A stretch of DNA of 64,000 nucleotides, taken from NCBI GenBank assembly GCA_029259335.1, contig JAPDIY010000003.1, positions 725-64,724 on the forward strand, written 5' to 3'. Origin of the DNA: Archaeoglobi archaeon (lineage in GTDB: Archaea; Halobacteriota; Archaeoglobi; Archaeoglobales; Archaeoglobaceae). Under the pieces are notes generated by a model, which did not search any database, was not told the origin of the DNA, and saw nothing but the letters and a program-made list of their open reading frames with translations. The translations under genes and the position numbers were made by a program. Below, piece after piece: positions 10,416 through 20,126 of the stretch (position 1 is its first letter; each line of letters begins with the position of its first letter).

Positions 10416-11213
10416 GTGGAGCTTGGAATTATCTACAGCGGAGAGTTTGGAAAGAGGTTCGTCTGCAATCTTGCTTCACCATATCTGTGCCCGACATTCG
10501 GAGCCTGCGGGATAAATGGCTGCGACTACTGCAAGAAGCACGACTACAGTTCTAATATCACATATGTTAAAGAGTTGCCAGAACCCCTCCAACTTGGTCT
10601 CTATGTTGAAGAGCCGAAAAATTATGTTGAAAAATTTAGCTGCGAAGTCCTTCTTACAATCAACATTCATCCCGACATTCTGGTTTCCCTACCTGAAATC
10701 GGAGAGTTCAAGGCTTTGATTGTCCCTGCCTGCGACCAGAAGTGGTGCTTGCCGGGGTTGAGAAAGCAACTGAGTGACAAGTGCAGCGAATTGGGAATTG
10801 AATTCGCCTCTCCGAAACCATTTTGCAGCCTGCTACCTTCAGGCATTGTAATTTCCGAGTTCTGTGAGGAGTTTTCTATGGGCAGACCGGAATTTTCTGT
10901 TGTAATGGACGGCAACACCATACGGAAAGTTGAAGTTACAAGAAGCGATCCATGTGGGGCAGCTTACTATGTAGCAAGGAGAATGAGGGGTTATGTTGTC
11001 GAGAGTAAGAGCGAATTCTGGAAGGAGATCCACCAGCATCAGTGTGCTTATCCCTGCATGGCGAGCATGGACAGAGACGTTGAGCTTGGAGAGGCACCTT
11101 TTCATCTTGCAGGTTACATAATGGTTTATCAGTTCAGCGCTGCAGCGGGAATTGAGGCTGATGAGTTCATTCCGGAGCATTTTAAGAATATCGTTTGCAT
11201 AAATCAGCGGTAA
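10416..11213 (+). CDS. DUF166 family protein
   Basis: IHPDIL, PKPFCSL, VTRSDPCGAAYYVA, YPCMASM. Confidence 0.75.
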   Translation: MELGIIYSGEFGKRFVCNLASPYLCPTFGACGINGCDYCKKHDYSSNITYVKELPEPLQLGLYVEEPKNYVEKFSCEVLLTINIHPDILVSLPEIGEFKALIVPACDQKWCLPGLRKQLSDKCSELGIEFASPKPFCSLLPSGIVISEFCEEFSMGRPEFSVVMDGNTIRKVEVTRSDPCGAAYYVARRMRGYVVESKSEFWKEIHQHQCAYPCMASMDRDVELGEAPFHLAGYIMVYQFSAAAGIEADEFIPEHFKNIVCINQR

Positions 11214-11214
11214 G

Positions 11215-11295
11215 CGCCGGGGGTGGGATTCGAACCCACGTGGGCAACGCCCAACGGCTTAGCAGGCCGTCGCCTTACCGCTCGGCAACCCCGGC
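11215..11295 (-). tRNA. tRNA-Ser(GCT)
   Basis: GCCGGGG acceptor, ACGGC-CT-GCT-AA-GCCGT anticodon arm, long variable arm, GTGGGTTCGAATCCCAC T arm. Confidence 0.95.
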
Positions 11296-11406
11296 TTAAT
11301 GCTAATTCTCCACGATGCAATTTAAGAATTTTGGTTATGAAGAAAAAACTCACTGATGGGCAACATTTAAATTAAATAGAGCCTAACATTTTATCGAGGT
11401 GATAAA

Positions 11407-11661
11407 ATGGCTGAGAAAGTTAGAGACAGAGAGCATCACGAGAGACTTTTCAAAGCGTCAATGAGCCCGATAAGAAGAAAAATTGTTGCTGCTATAGGGG
11501 TTCAGGGTAAAACGAGAGAGGAGCTTAAGAAGGAGCTTGGATTGTCCGAGTTTCAGTTCAAATTCAATCTTGACTGGCTGCTGATGGAGGGCTTTGTAAA
11601 AGAGGAGGATGGAAAACTAAAGCTCACCGATGATGGAATAGAACTTCTTGAAGCAGGTTAA
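11407..11661 (+). CDS. Small winged-HTH protein
   Basis: SPIRRKIV...LGLSEFQFKFNLDWL..EGFV...LTDDG; GAGGTGA RBS. Confidence 0.75.
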   Translation: MAEKVRDREHHERLFKASMSPIRRKIVAAIGVQGKTREELKKELGLSEFQFKFNLDWLLMEGFVKEEDGKLKLTDDGIELLEAG

Positions 11662-12779
11662 GTAACTATTTCTTTAATTCTACCCGTTTCCATTGCCTTT
11701 TTTATTTCCATCATTGTCAGATCAAGTGGATCTTCTATTTTAACTCCGTGTTTGAGACTCAGATTTCTCATCTCAGGAGACGTTGGGCCGATAGCAGGAT
11801 CTCCGGGCACTCTGAAGGAGACATCGAAGATTACGAACTCAAGTTTCGTTTCGTTTTCGTGCGAGTAGGCAATGGCTCCCTGCAATCCAAACATCCCGAT
11901 AATGCCCGGTGGAAATTCCTCCTCGCAGGTTCTTAAAAACCTCTCACAAGCTTCGTAAACCTCCTGCTGCTTGCTCTCCCTCATTGTTACACCAAAATGT
12001 CCTATCTCCTCGTTCTTCACAGGAACATTTATCTTGAGCTGGTCTTTAGCGGGCAGGTTCAAAAAGCCCTGCAAGTTAACCTGCCTTCTATCGCTGAAAC
12101 CAACAAAATCAAAGTCTCCGAAAACGTCCTTTAGAGCATAGCTGTGGAAGTTTGCGTTAAATCTCGCTCCTAACACGTATTCCTCAATTCTTGCTTTCTT
12201 CAGCCCCTCCTCATCAATTATTCCTGCCTTTAGAAGTTCTTCAGCTTGCCTGTAGTAGTCTTCTGGAGAGTTGGCGTAAAAGAAAGCTCTTTCGAGGGGA
12301 TTTTTGGCCTGCTGCACCTTCACGACAACAAGCCTGTCGATCTCATCCGGCGATTTGAACTCCTTCGGATATCTCAAACCAGCCTTTTCGAGCAGATAGT
12401 ACTGATTCTTCTCATAGTTTCTCTCCTCCGCCCTCAGCATGAACCTGTTCCCGTAAATTGGGACTTCAAAAATATTCTCGATGCCATCGTAGCCAACATA
12501 CACAGCAAAACTTCTGTTAGGTATGAAAATGGTGTTGAGCTCGATAAGCCTCTCCTGAACTTCTTTATTGAGTAAGTCCTTGAAATTATCGAGCATGATC
12601 ACCTCATCATAAAGATGCCTGTTGTACTTCGTGTAAAGTTTGTCCCTGCCCTTCTGGACCACAACAACAGTTTTGAAGCCCCAAGCTTTTGCAGCCATTC
12701 CCACCTCCTTTGCAGAATGCGAGCCGAAAATGCCAATGGCTACATCTTCATAGTTATCAACGATCTTCTTAGGGTTCAT
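11658..12779 (-). CDS. purP: PurP-family ATP-grasp ligase (FAICAR synthetase-like)
   Basis: GSHSA, FIPNRSFAVY, GNRFMLRAEER, IGHFGVTMRES. Confidence 0.8.
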   Translation of the reverse strand: MNPKKIVDNYEDVAIGIFGSHSAKEVGMAAKAWGFKTVVVVQKGRDKLYTKYNRHLYDEVIMLDNFKDLLNKEVQERLIELNTIFIPNRSFAVYVGYDGIENIFEVPIYGNRFMLRAEERNYEKNQYYLLEKAGLRYPKEFKSPDEIDRLVVVKVQQAKNPLERAFFYANSPEDYYRQAEELLKAGIIDEEGLKKARIEEYVLGARFNANFHSYALKDVFGDFDFVGFSDRRQVNLQGFLNLPAKDQLKINVPVKNEEIGHFGVTMRESKQQEVYEACERFLRTCEEEFPPGIIGMFGLQGAIAYSHENETKLEFVIFDVSFRVPGDPAIGPTSPEMRNLSLKHGVKIEDPLDLTMMEIKKAMETGRIKEIVT

Positions 12780-12799
12780 GTATTAGGTTCTGCTGCACT

Positions 12800-13123
12800 T
12801 TAAAAATTTAATTTGCAAGAAAGAATTCTAACAATGTCCATAACCATGCAGCGTGAGAGTTGCTCAGCTGTAAAATTTTCAAGCCTTGATCGTATCTTCA
12901 CTCCTGACAATTGACCGAGGAAAAAGAAGAAAATCAAGACAGGTATGTGAAATACTGGGACACCTGAAAGAATCCTACCGAGAAAAACCAGAGGTACAGG
13001 CATATGTATGGCAAGAATCCACTCTTTGCTGAATTTTTCTGTTCTCGCTCTCCAGTATCCAAAGGGGATGTTGAAGAAGTACACGCCCGCTATTAGCAGA
13101 GCTTCACTTAGCGTCAGACTCAC
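12800..13123 (-). CDS. Small membrane protein, unknown function
   Basis: NIPFGYWR..KFSKEWILAIH; hydrophobic segments. Confidence 0.7.
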   Translation of the reverse strand: MSLTLSEALLIAGVYFFNIPFGYWRARTEKFSKEWILAIHMPVPLVFLGRILSGVPVFHIPVLIFFFFLGQLSGVKIRSRLENFTAEQLSRCMVMDIVRILSCKLNF

Positions 13124-13194
13124 ATCAGAAGTTTGTGTTAAAATAAAAAGACCTTTCGTAACATTTAAAAAACCCTAAAGTACAGTTTGCTTAA

Positions 13195-13266
13195 GGGCTC
13201 GTAGCTCAGCGGGAGAGCGCCGCCTTTGCGAGGCGGAGGCCGCGGGTTCAAATCCCGCCGAGTCCA
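13195..13266 (+). tRNA. tRNA-Ala(TGC)
   Basis: GGGCTCG...CCGCC-TT-TGC-GA-GGCGG...GCGGGTTCAAATCCCGC-CGAGTCC-A; G3.U70 alanine identity pair. Confidence 0.95.
13231..13266 (+). repeat. att copy 1 (tRNA-Ala 3' half)
   Basis: AGGCGGAGGCCGCGGGTTCAAATCCCGCCGAGTCCA identical to 15075-15110. Confidence 0.92.
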
Positions 13267-13603
13267 TCCCTATCTCTTTTGTAATCGGATGATTGATGGA
13301 ATTCAAGAACTGGGCAAGTGCTGAGCTGGAGGTCGTCAACAAACTCCCACCATGGTTGGAATTTGAAGTCAAGGATCTCCAAAATGGAATTGAGAGTATC
13401 TCGCTTGACATTCACCGATTTAGAGAAAATAGAGGATCGAATCAAAAAAAAGATGTCAAGAATCTGGCCGGGGTATGTGGACTTGGGAGTTTTGGGGAAA
13501 GAGGGGCTATCTGTTCAAGAACGACAAACATATTATAGCGGTAATCACTGGAGTGACTGCCGATCACGAAAAAGCTTTATCATTCTGTAACTAATTCTCT
13601 AAC

Positions 13604-13825
13604 ATGGATAGAATTGAAATCAACCCAAAAAAACTTGGTGGAAAACCTGTAATAAAGGGAACAAGGATTCCAGTGTACCTAATCCTCGAAATGCTGGCAG
13701 CCGGTATGAGTGTCGAGGACATCCTGAAAGAGTATCCTGAACTAACTAAGGAGGATGTAAGAGAAGCAATCAAATACGCTTCCCAAGTCCTAAAAAGTGA
13801 GGAAATCCATGAAATTCTTGCTTGA
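13604..13825 (+). CDS. DUF433 antitoxin
   Basis: RIEINPKKLGGKPVIKGTRIPV...YPELTKEDVREAIKYA. Confidence 0.92.
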   Translation: MDRIEINPKKLGGKPVIKGTRIPVYLILEMLAAGMSVEDILKEYPELTKEDVREAIKYASQVLKSEEIHEILA

Positions 13826-14162
13826 TGATAATATACCGCTTAGCGTCAAAGAGTGGTTTGGCAGAAAAGGAATTTACGCCGTTAAGGCTATTGATATCGG
13901 ATTGAAAGGAGCAGATGATGAGTCCGTCTATAATTTTGCCTTAGAAAACAACTTTAAAATAGTGACTCTGGACTTGGATTTTGGTCATCTTTTTCTCAAA
14001 TTCCAAAAAGGAACTGTAATCGTCTTGAGACCACAGCGAGCTGTGCCGAGTGAGATCGTGGATCTTCTTGAAAGGACGTTTGACACTATAAAGGACAAAG
14101 AAGGGCTTATTGTAGCCGGAACAAAGAAAGTCAGGATTATCAAGCCATTTGAAAAGCAATGA
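13809..14162 (+). CDS. DUF5615 PIN-like toxin (VapC45 type)
   Basis: MKFLLDDNIP, GADDESV, VTLDLDFG; overlaps DUF433 gene. Confidence 0.88.
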   Translation: MKFLLDDNIPLSVKEWFGRKGIYAVKAIDIGLKGADDESVYNFALENNFKIVTLDLDFGHLFLKFQKGTVIVLRPQRAVPSEIVDLLERTFDTIKDKEGLIVAGTKKVRIIKPFEKQ

Positions 14163-14300
14163 GACACATCAACGTTGAGAAATAATCAGAAATGCATTCC
14201 AAAAACTGCGAAAGAATTTTGCACCAAAACCTTAGGCAATTCTAAGGGGATAATGGGGGGTTACTGAAAAAATAAGTGGGGTTATTACCCTTCTCCAACC

Positions 14301-14380
14301 TCAGAGTAATTCCAGGAAGCTCCATCCAGCTTTAACAAGAGCCTTTATTACCTGCTCACCCGAAACCCTCGGTAGTTTCA
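14301..14380 (-). pseudogene. HicA toxin N-terminal remnant
   Basis: KLPRVSGEQVIKALVKAGW matches the HicA N-terminus; joined to the broken integrase. Confidence 0.55.
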
Positions 14381-15000
14381 GACGATCAAAGAGGCTTTCG
14401 CATGCTGTAGTAGCTGAAAGCCAGGCCTTTTGTTTCCTCCCTCTCCAGTTCAGGATCGTAATGGTCGAGGTAACTTTCACCCAGTCCACAACCACTGGGT
14501 GGAGGGGGGACCCAGTGGGGGAGCCTCTCCTTATCCTTCTCCTCTGGAATCCACAGGAGGGGTGGGTCTCTCTGGATGGCCTCCCTGAACTCTTCCAGTG
14601 TCAGCTTACCTATGGTTGCCTGAGGTCTCTGGCCTGTATAGGCAGCGAAGAGTATTCCGGCGATGTGCTTCAGCTTGAACTGAAGTGTGGTGTCCGTATT
14701 CCACACGGCTTTTATCAGGTTGTGGATGTCCGGCTCTCTTATGAGAATTGGATTGATCTTCTTTGAGCTCTTTCGTGGAGGTTCAAGGATCTCTTTCATC
14801 TCTCTGAATTCTGGATTACCAGTCTTTTTGAAAAGCCATTCTAAGAGGTTTTTGATGTTGGAGTGATAGTTACACTGGGTCGCATATTCGTAGTTTGCCT
14901 TATACCAGTTCTGAAATTCCATCAGTTTTTTCTTTGTCACTCTGCGGTTGCAGAATTTCACGAACTCACTTATGGATTTTTTATCCAGTAGTGAGATTTT
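14381..15000 (-). pseudogene. Tyrosine integrase remnant
   Basis: AYTGQRPQATI, EKDKERLPHWVP; frameshifts near 14505, 14470 and 14395; C-terminal catalytic part missing. Confidence 0.75.
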
Positions 15001-15074
15001 TCAGACTTGACTCTGGGCAGTCTATATCGCAATTACTCCTCTACAACGGATTCATCAAGCATTTGCAAGAAAAA

Positions 15075-15110
15075 AGGCGGAGGCCGCGGGTTCAAATCCC
15101 GCCGAGTCCA
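15075..15110 (+). repeat. att copy 2 (tRNA-Ala 3' half)
   Basis: 36/36 identity to 13231-13266. Confidence 0.92.
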
Positions 15111-15179
15111 CTTTTCTTTTGATTTGCCTCACAGCGTTCAAGCGGAAAAAATAAAAATAATCCCGGAAAACTTCATGCG

Positions 15180-16700
15180 ATGAAAGGTGCTGTAGGAAAG
15201 ATTTACGGCGAGGCATCATCCTTTGAATTCAACTTTGTGATATTCAACCAGAAGCAAGTGAAAAGAGGGGATTATGTTAAGGTCTGGAACGATGTTGACG
15301 GATGGGTTGTTGCCTATGTTGAAGACATTGTTGCAAAATCCAATGTTAGAAGTAGGGAAATCAAGGAAATTGTAAACGGTGCAAGCGAGGTTTTTATTGG
15401 TAAGGCTGTTGTTCTTGGAAAGAGGGAAGATGGCAGGTTGAGAATTCCGAGAAGTCCTTTTGTGCCGGGTGAGAGCGTATTTTTGGCTGAAGAGAAGCTG
15501 ATCGCGGAAGTGCTTGGGTTGAGCAATGAAGGAGTGTATATCGGTCTTCTTGGTGATACCGGAGTTAAGGTTAAACTCGATCCAAACAGCCTCGTTCAGA
15601 AACATGTCTGCATACTGGCAAAAACTGGGAGTGGGAAGAGCTATACGGCAGGTGTTATAATAGAGGAACTTTTGGAACACAACGTACCACTTCTGATAAT
15701 TGATCCGCACGGAGAGTATCACTCAATGAAGTATCCAAACGAGAATGTTGATGGAGAATTTGGCATAAAACCCAGGGGATACGTGGAGCAGATCAGAATT
15801 GCAGTTCCGCCAATCTCTCCATTCGCCGACAAGGCTGACGAAATACTCGTCCTTGATGGTGTAAATCTGACTGCTGAAGAACTGATCGAGCTTACTGGCC
15901 TGAAGAATCCTACAGCTCAGGCTCTGCTCTACCAGGCGCTGAAGGAGCTTAAAGATGAGGATTACACGATAAGAGACATCATTGATGAGGTGGAAAAAAT
16001 AAAGCACAACGGGAAGTGGACCTTACTTGGTGCGCTCACGAAAGTTGAGGAATCAGGGCTTTTTGGAGAGAGGCCAACTGACATAAGGAATCTTCTTCAG
16101 AGAGGAGAGGCTACGATTATCGACCTGAGAGGTGTTGAACCAGCGTATCAGGATCTGATAGTTTCGAGAGTCTGCACGAAGCTTTTCGAGTTGAGGAAGA
16201 GAGAAGAGGTTGAACCGGGAATGATAGTTATCGAGGAGGCGCATAACTTCATCCCTGAGAGAGGATTTGACAGAGCAGTATCCACAAGCATACTCAGAAC
16301 CATAGCGAGTGAGGGCAGGAAGTTTGGTTTGGGGTTGATGGTCATCAGCCAGAGACCGGCGAGAGTGGATAAGAACGTGATCAGCCAGTGCAACACCCAG
16401 ATAATCCTGAGAGTGACGAATCCCAACGACATCAACGCAATAAGGAACGGGGTTGAGGGTATAACCGCTGAGATGGTTGAGGAGATCAAAAGGTTGCCGC
16501 CCGGAAACGCTATGATTGTCAGCCCTGAACTCGAAAGACCGGTTATCGTCAGAGTTAGAAGCAGGAAAAGCAGACATGGTGAGGCTGTGAGTGTAACGGC
16601 TCCAAAAGCTAAGGAAAAGAAAGAAGCAAAGAAGAAGAAAGAAAAGGGAAAAGAAAAGAAGAAAGAGAAAAAAGGATTTCTAAGAAGGTTGTTCGGCTAA
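15180..16700 (+). CDS. HerA-like ATPase (HAS barrel + DUF87)
   Basis: AKTGSGKS, IDPHGEY, IEEAHNF, EGRKFG, SQRPA; Lys-rich tail. Confidence 0.88.
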   Translation: MKGAVGKIYGEASSFEFNFVIFNQKQVKRGDYVKVWNDVDGWVVAYVEDIVAKSNVRSREIKEIVNGASEVFIGKAVVLGKREDGRLRIPRSPFVPGESVFLAEEKLIAEVLGLSNEGVYIGLLGDTGVKVKLDPNSLVQKHVCILAKTGSGKSYTAGVIIEELLEHNVPLLIIDPHGEYHSMKYPNENVDGEFGIKPRGYVEQIRIAVPPISPFADKADEILVLDGVNLTAEELIELTGLKNPTAQALLYQALKELKDEDYTIRDIIDEVEKIKHNGKWTLLGALTKVEESGLFGERPTDIRNLLQRGEATIIDLRGVEPAYQDLIVSRVCTKLFELRKREEVEPGMIVIEEAHNFIPERGFDRAVSTSILRTIASEGRKFGLGLMVISQRPARVDKNVISQCNTQIILRVTNPNDINAIRNGVEGITAEMVEEIKRLPPGNAMIVSPELERPVIVRVRSRKSRHGEAVSVTAPKAKEKKEAKKKKEKGKEKKKEKKGFLRRLFG

Positions 16701-17614
16701 AAGTCGGAGATTTGCAGGCAATAATCTCCCGATTTGACAAAACAGTCGCTAAAGCCAATTCCCTTTCTTATTATCTGCCTTCTCGCAAATCTTGGCTCGT
16801 CCCCATTCAACATGTCGGCGACTGAAATACCATAAGCCCTCTCGAAGGCTGAAACAGGGGTGGTGAGCCTAGCGTTTATCTCTATCACGTAGGGCTGGTC
16901 TGAGTGAACAACATCCACGCCCACGTAGCCATTTAGCCCATCAATACACTCCACAGCCTTCAACGCCTCCTCTCTCACCTCTCTTGCAGCTTTTTCCTCT
17001 ATCCTCGCAGGCAGAACAGCACCGGCATATTTGAACCCGTCGAGAAGTTGCTCGTTAACGCTAACAACCCTTACTTCATCCTCTCCAACAATCACACTCA
17101 CGCTCAGGTTCTTGCCATCAACGTATTCCTGAGCTATGTATCCCTCCGGAACCGTGCATGATCCAAAAGATATGCCCTCTCCAGCACACGAAACTCTCGG
17201 CTTGATTATGAACATGCAATCAAGCGGTTTTTTTGACGTCTCTGGAATCTGCACTTTTCCTCTGAGCTTCCTGTACAGCTTCCATTTATCGGAAACTACA
17301 GATATCGCTTTGCTCGAAGATCCGAGATTTTGTGCATACTTCTCTCCAATTTTGGTCAGCTCCAGAAGCAGACTTTCATCTTCGGGAGCAACTATCAGAA
17401 AAGCATCGCTCTCCGAAAGATAATCCTCCAGCAGATTCAAATCTCCGGCAGGAAGGTCAAATAAATCCGAGTACTCCTGCCTGACAAAGCTGTGGATTTT
17501 GTAGTACTTTTTAAAGCCCTCGCAGGCAGCTTTAAACATCGCAAGCCCCTCAACAGCAATACTATCGTCTATTCTCTCACCGCATGTGGCAAATTCGAAC
17601 AAGAAAAGTTTCAT
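16697..17614 (-). CDS. ATP-grasp protein (MfnD-like)
   Basis: FEFATCG..EGLAM, IKPRVSCAGEG, GYVGVD, EINARLTT. Confidence 0.75.
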   Translation of the reverse strand: MKLFLFEFATCGERIDDSIAVEGLAMFKAACEGFKKYYKIHSFVRQEYSDLFDLPAGDLNLLEDYLSESDAFLIVAPEDESLLLELTKIGEKYAQNLGSSSKAISVVSDKWKLYRKLRGKVQIPETSKKPLDCMFIIKPRVSCAGEGISFGSCTVPEGYIAQEYVDGKNLSVSVIVGEDEVRVVSVNEQLLDGFKYAGAVLPARIEEKAAREVREEALKAVECIDGLNGYVGVDVVHSDQPYVIEINARLTTPVSAFERAYGISVADMLNGDEPRFARRQIIRKGIGFSDCFVKSGDYCLQISDF

Positions 17615-18132
17615 ACTTCTATTATTTCTTCAGGCTCTCTTTCTTTCTCCTCTTCTCCTTCCTCATTCAAAACTATCGCAATGTCCGCAGAATTTTTCAG
17701 TGCTGTTGAGAAACCGGGTTCTGCCCCAATTATGATTGTTTCCTTACCCATCTCCATAGCTTTCATCAGAACGGCCTTGAAATCTGCATCCCTTGTGACG
17801 ATCGCTATGGCATCAATAGAATCGTTGTAAATCAGTTCCATCGCTTCAACTGCTAATCGAACATCCACATCTCCTGATGTAACAATCGGCTCGAATCCTT
17901 GGTTCTCAATCGCTTCAACGAGCTTTTCGGTTGCGTACTGGTTCAGAAACACCTTGGCTATCTTGATGTCACCGTATTCATTGAGAATTTCCCTGATCTC
18001 CTTCAAGTTAATGTTGAACTCCTTCCTCAACATATTGGGGCCATCCACAAGAACTCCTACCTTTTTTCTATGGGACAATCTTCTTTTAGAAAGATACTCT
18101 TTTATTCTCTGAATACGAGACATAGTTGACAT
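17611..18132 (-). CDS. TIGR00288 NYN-domain protein
   Basis: VDGPNMLRKEF, GDVDVRLAVEA, TRDADF; start trimmed because the longer ORF runs antisense through tRNA-Gln. Confidence 0.88.
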   Translation of the reverse strand: MSTMSRIQRIKEYLSKRRLSHRKKVGVLVDGPNMLRKEFNINLKEIREILNEYGDIKIAKVFLNQYATEKLVEAIENQGFEPIVTSGDVDVRLAVEAMELIYNDSIDAIAIVTRDADFKAVLMKAMEMGKETIIIGAEPGFSTALKNSADIAIVLNEEGEEEKEREPEEIIEV

Positions 18133-18259
18133 GCTCTTTTTATTTTCCTGATTAAAGTTTAAAAGGTTTTTGTTAAAGCTGTACGTATTTTGGAGGGGAA
18201 TAATTTCTAAAGACTTCAGACCAAAATTTTGATAAATCCTGAATGTAAAGGTTGATAAA

Positions 18260-18332
18260 AGCCCCGTGGGGTAGCGGTCAATCCTGCCGGACTCTGGATC
18301 CGGCGACGCCGGTTCGAATCCGGCCGGGGCTA
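18260..18332 (+). tRNA. tRNA-Gln(CTG)
   Basis: AGCCCCG...CCGGA-CT-CTG-GA-TCCGG...GCCGGTTCGAATCCGGC-CGGGGCT-A; A1-U72 pair of archaeal tRNA-Gln. Confidence 0.95.
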
Positions 18333-18340
18333 CTGTTTTT

Positions 18341-19163
18341 GTGTTTTCTAAGGGGGATATAGAAGAGATTTTGACAAAAATGGCGATTAAGGGATGCTCA
18401 GAAGGCCATTTAAGGGACACTGCAACGAGATTATACGATTTTGCAGAGTGGTGTTCATACCGTTTTAATCTTAACGACATAAAAATTTATATAAACGAAT
18501 TAAAAAGAGATTACTCTCCCTCCCACATCCGCAAAGTGATCATCGACATCCGCAGACTGCTCAAACACCTGAACCATCCTCTCTCAGACATCGAACTTCC
18601 GAAAATGCCAAAACAGCGCAAGATCGTTATCAAGGTTAAAGATATACAACAACTTCTAAAAGAGGTCGAGGGTCTGCCTGCCGAGTCCATGAGGCTCAGG
18701 ACGAGGGCCGCAGTTTTGCTTGCCGCAACTTCAGGTTTGAGAGCGGAGGAGCTTTACAGGTTAAGGATCAGCGACATAGATGTGGATGACCGAACCGTAA
18801 ATGTCCGGCCAGAAGTTGCCAAGGATTGCGAGGGGAGGGTTACATTCTTCTCAATTGAGGCCCAAAATGCTCTAAAAGAGTTCTTTGATAGTTATAAGCC
18901 CAAGTCGGTTTATCCGTTTTCCGAATCTACACTGCGAAAATCGATTGAAAAGCTGAATTCACCACTAAGGTTGAAGCACATGCGGAAGTTCTTCTCCCAA
19001 CAATCAGACCGCTTAGGTATGCCGACCTCTGTGAAAAAGCTGTTAATGGGCCACTCACTGCGAGGAGATGTAGATCTATCTCGCCCACTACGACTTCCAG
19101 GATGAGGAGGAGCTGAAAAAAATATACGACAAATACTGGAAGGACTTCAGGATTCTCGTTTAG
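18341..19163 (+). pseudogene. Tyrosine integrase, Int(C) part, frameshifted near C-terminus
   Basis: Frame open back into tRNA 3' half (GSNPAGAT); SGLRAEEL, KHMRK, LMGH; AHYDFQDEEELKKIYDKYW continues in another frame after ~19078. Confidence 0.85.
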
Positions 19164-19435
19164 ATATCTATTCCCTTAGCTCTCCATTCATCGAGGTATT
19201 TTTTTAGGCCAGTTACTTCTTCAAATTCGTGAGGAGCGGGGTCTCTCATGTTTTTACCCCGATGTAAGAGGTCTGCAAGAGTTTCCGGAGCAATTGTTAT
19301 CCATCCCTTGATCCTTCCTTCTTCATCCTTGACTTCCTCGAGTAAGATCATACCATCGAGTTTCCGTGGAATGTGTGGGTATCTTTCCCTATTTATTATG
19401 TAATCCTTAAGTTTTGACCTTATCTCAGCCGCCAC
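19160..19435 (-). CDS. Proviral hypothetical protein
   Basis: 91 aa, GGGGTGA RBS, last gene of the tail operon. Confidence 0.65.
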   Translation of the reverse strand: MAAEIRSKLKDYIINRERYPHIPRKLDGMILLEEVKDEEGRIKGWITIAPETLADLLHRGKNMRDPAPHEFEEVTGLKKYLDEWRAKGIDI

Positions 19436-19440
19436 TTACA

Positions 19441-19767
19441 TCACCCCATTCTAAGAATCACAACATTGTATGAGTTTGTCGTCAGAGAATTTCTTAATCT
19501 AACGTTTGTGCCGTCAGATACAACATGAAAGACTGGGATCATCGTACCAGAGCCATCTGTTACTACTAAATCGACCCAGCTATCGTCAGTGGAGATGTAT
19601 ATTTCCCAATGAACAAAATCTCGTCGGAAAGCACCAACAGCATGTGGCATGGCCATATAAAATCCTGGATCAGCTGGAGTATACGTTCCGCCTGCCGGTA
19701 TATTTATTTCTGCATATTTTTCAAATTTCACCCCGCTACCGCCTCCACCGCTGAATGTCGGCATCAC
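19441..19767 (-). CDS. Proviral hypothetical, beta-rich (tail-tip associated?)
   Basis: GAGGTGA RBS, SGGGGSG linker, tight operon packing. Confidence 0.65.
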   Translation of the reverse strand: MMPTFSGGGGSGVKFEKYAEINIPAGGTYTPADPGFYMAMPHAVGAFRRDFVHWEIYISTDDSWVDLVVTDGSGTMIPVFHVVSDGTNVRLRNSLTTNSYNVVILRMG

Positions 19768-19775
19768 GCATCACC

Positions 19776-20111
19776 TCACACGACAATCCAACTGACAACT
19801 TGATCGTCCGAATCTGCGACTAACCATATCTTGTTAGCGTCATCGACCTCAATCGTGACAGCTTCGCCAGCAGCGAGCTCAAAACCGGTCGAAGTGGTGA
19901 CTGTGTTATCTTTGCCAATATATATTTTCCCGTTATTGTCTTTGTGAGCTTTCACGAGAATTCCCTTGACTGCTGGTACAGAACTTGTGGTCAGCTGGAC
20001 AGGTGTTGTTCCAACCGTCGTCTGACCATGTGCGAAACTCGATTGAGCTTCGATTTGGTCCAGTATCGAGGCCAATTTGTTTAAAACCTCACTTAACGGC
20101 ACATACGACAT
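19776..20111 (-). CDS. Proviral hypothetical beta-sandwich virion-like protein
   Basis: ILVKAHKDNNGKIYIG...GFELAAGEAVTIEV; RBS GAGGTGG. Confidence 0.65.
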   Translation of the reverse strand: MSYVPLSEVLNKLASILDQIEAQSSFAHGQTTVGTTPVQLTTSSVPAVKGILVKAHKDNNGKIYIGKDNTVTTSTGFELAAGEAVTIEVDDANKIWLVADSDDQVVSWIVV

Positions 20112-20126
20112 TTTTAACCACCTCTC

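Larger units (their letters stand above)
13231..15110. mobile_element. Decayed integrative element in tRNA-Ala
   Basis: 36 bp direct repeat of the tRNA 3' half at both ends; integrase pseudogene and TA cargo inside; T-tract follows the right repeat. Confidence 0.85.

Noticed and set aside
13175-13590. ORFs of 65-90 aa around tRNA-Ala, including a possible Int(N) half
   Set aside because: Joining across att in silico hits a stop within a few codons; no recognisable motifs; likely decayed cargo or antisense artefacts
18133-18480. N-terminal extension of the 289-aa NYN ORF
   Set aside because: Runs antisense through tRNA-Gln and the integrase; real start is near 18132
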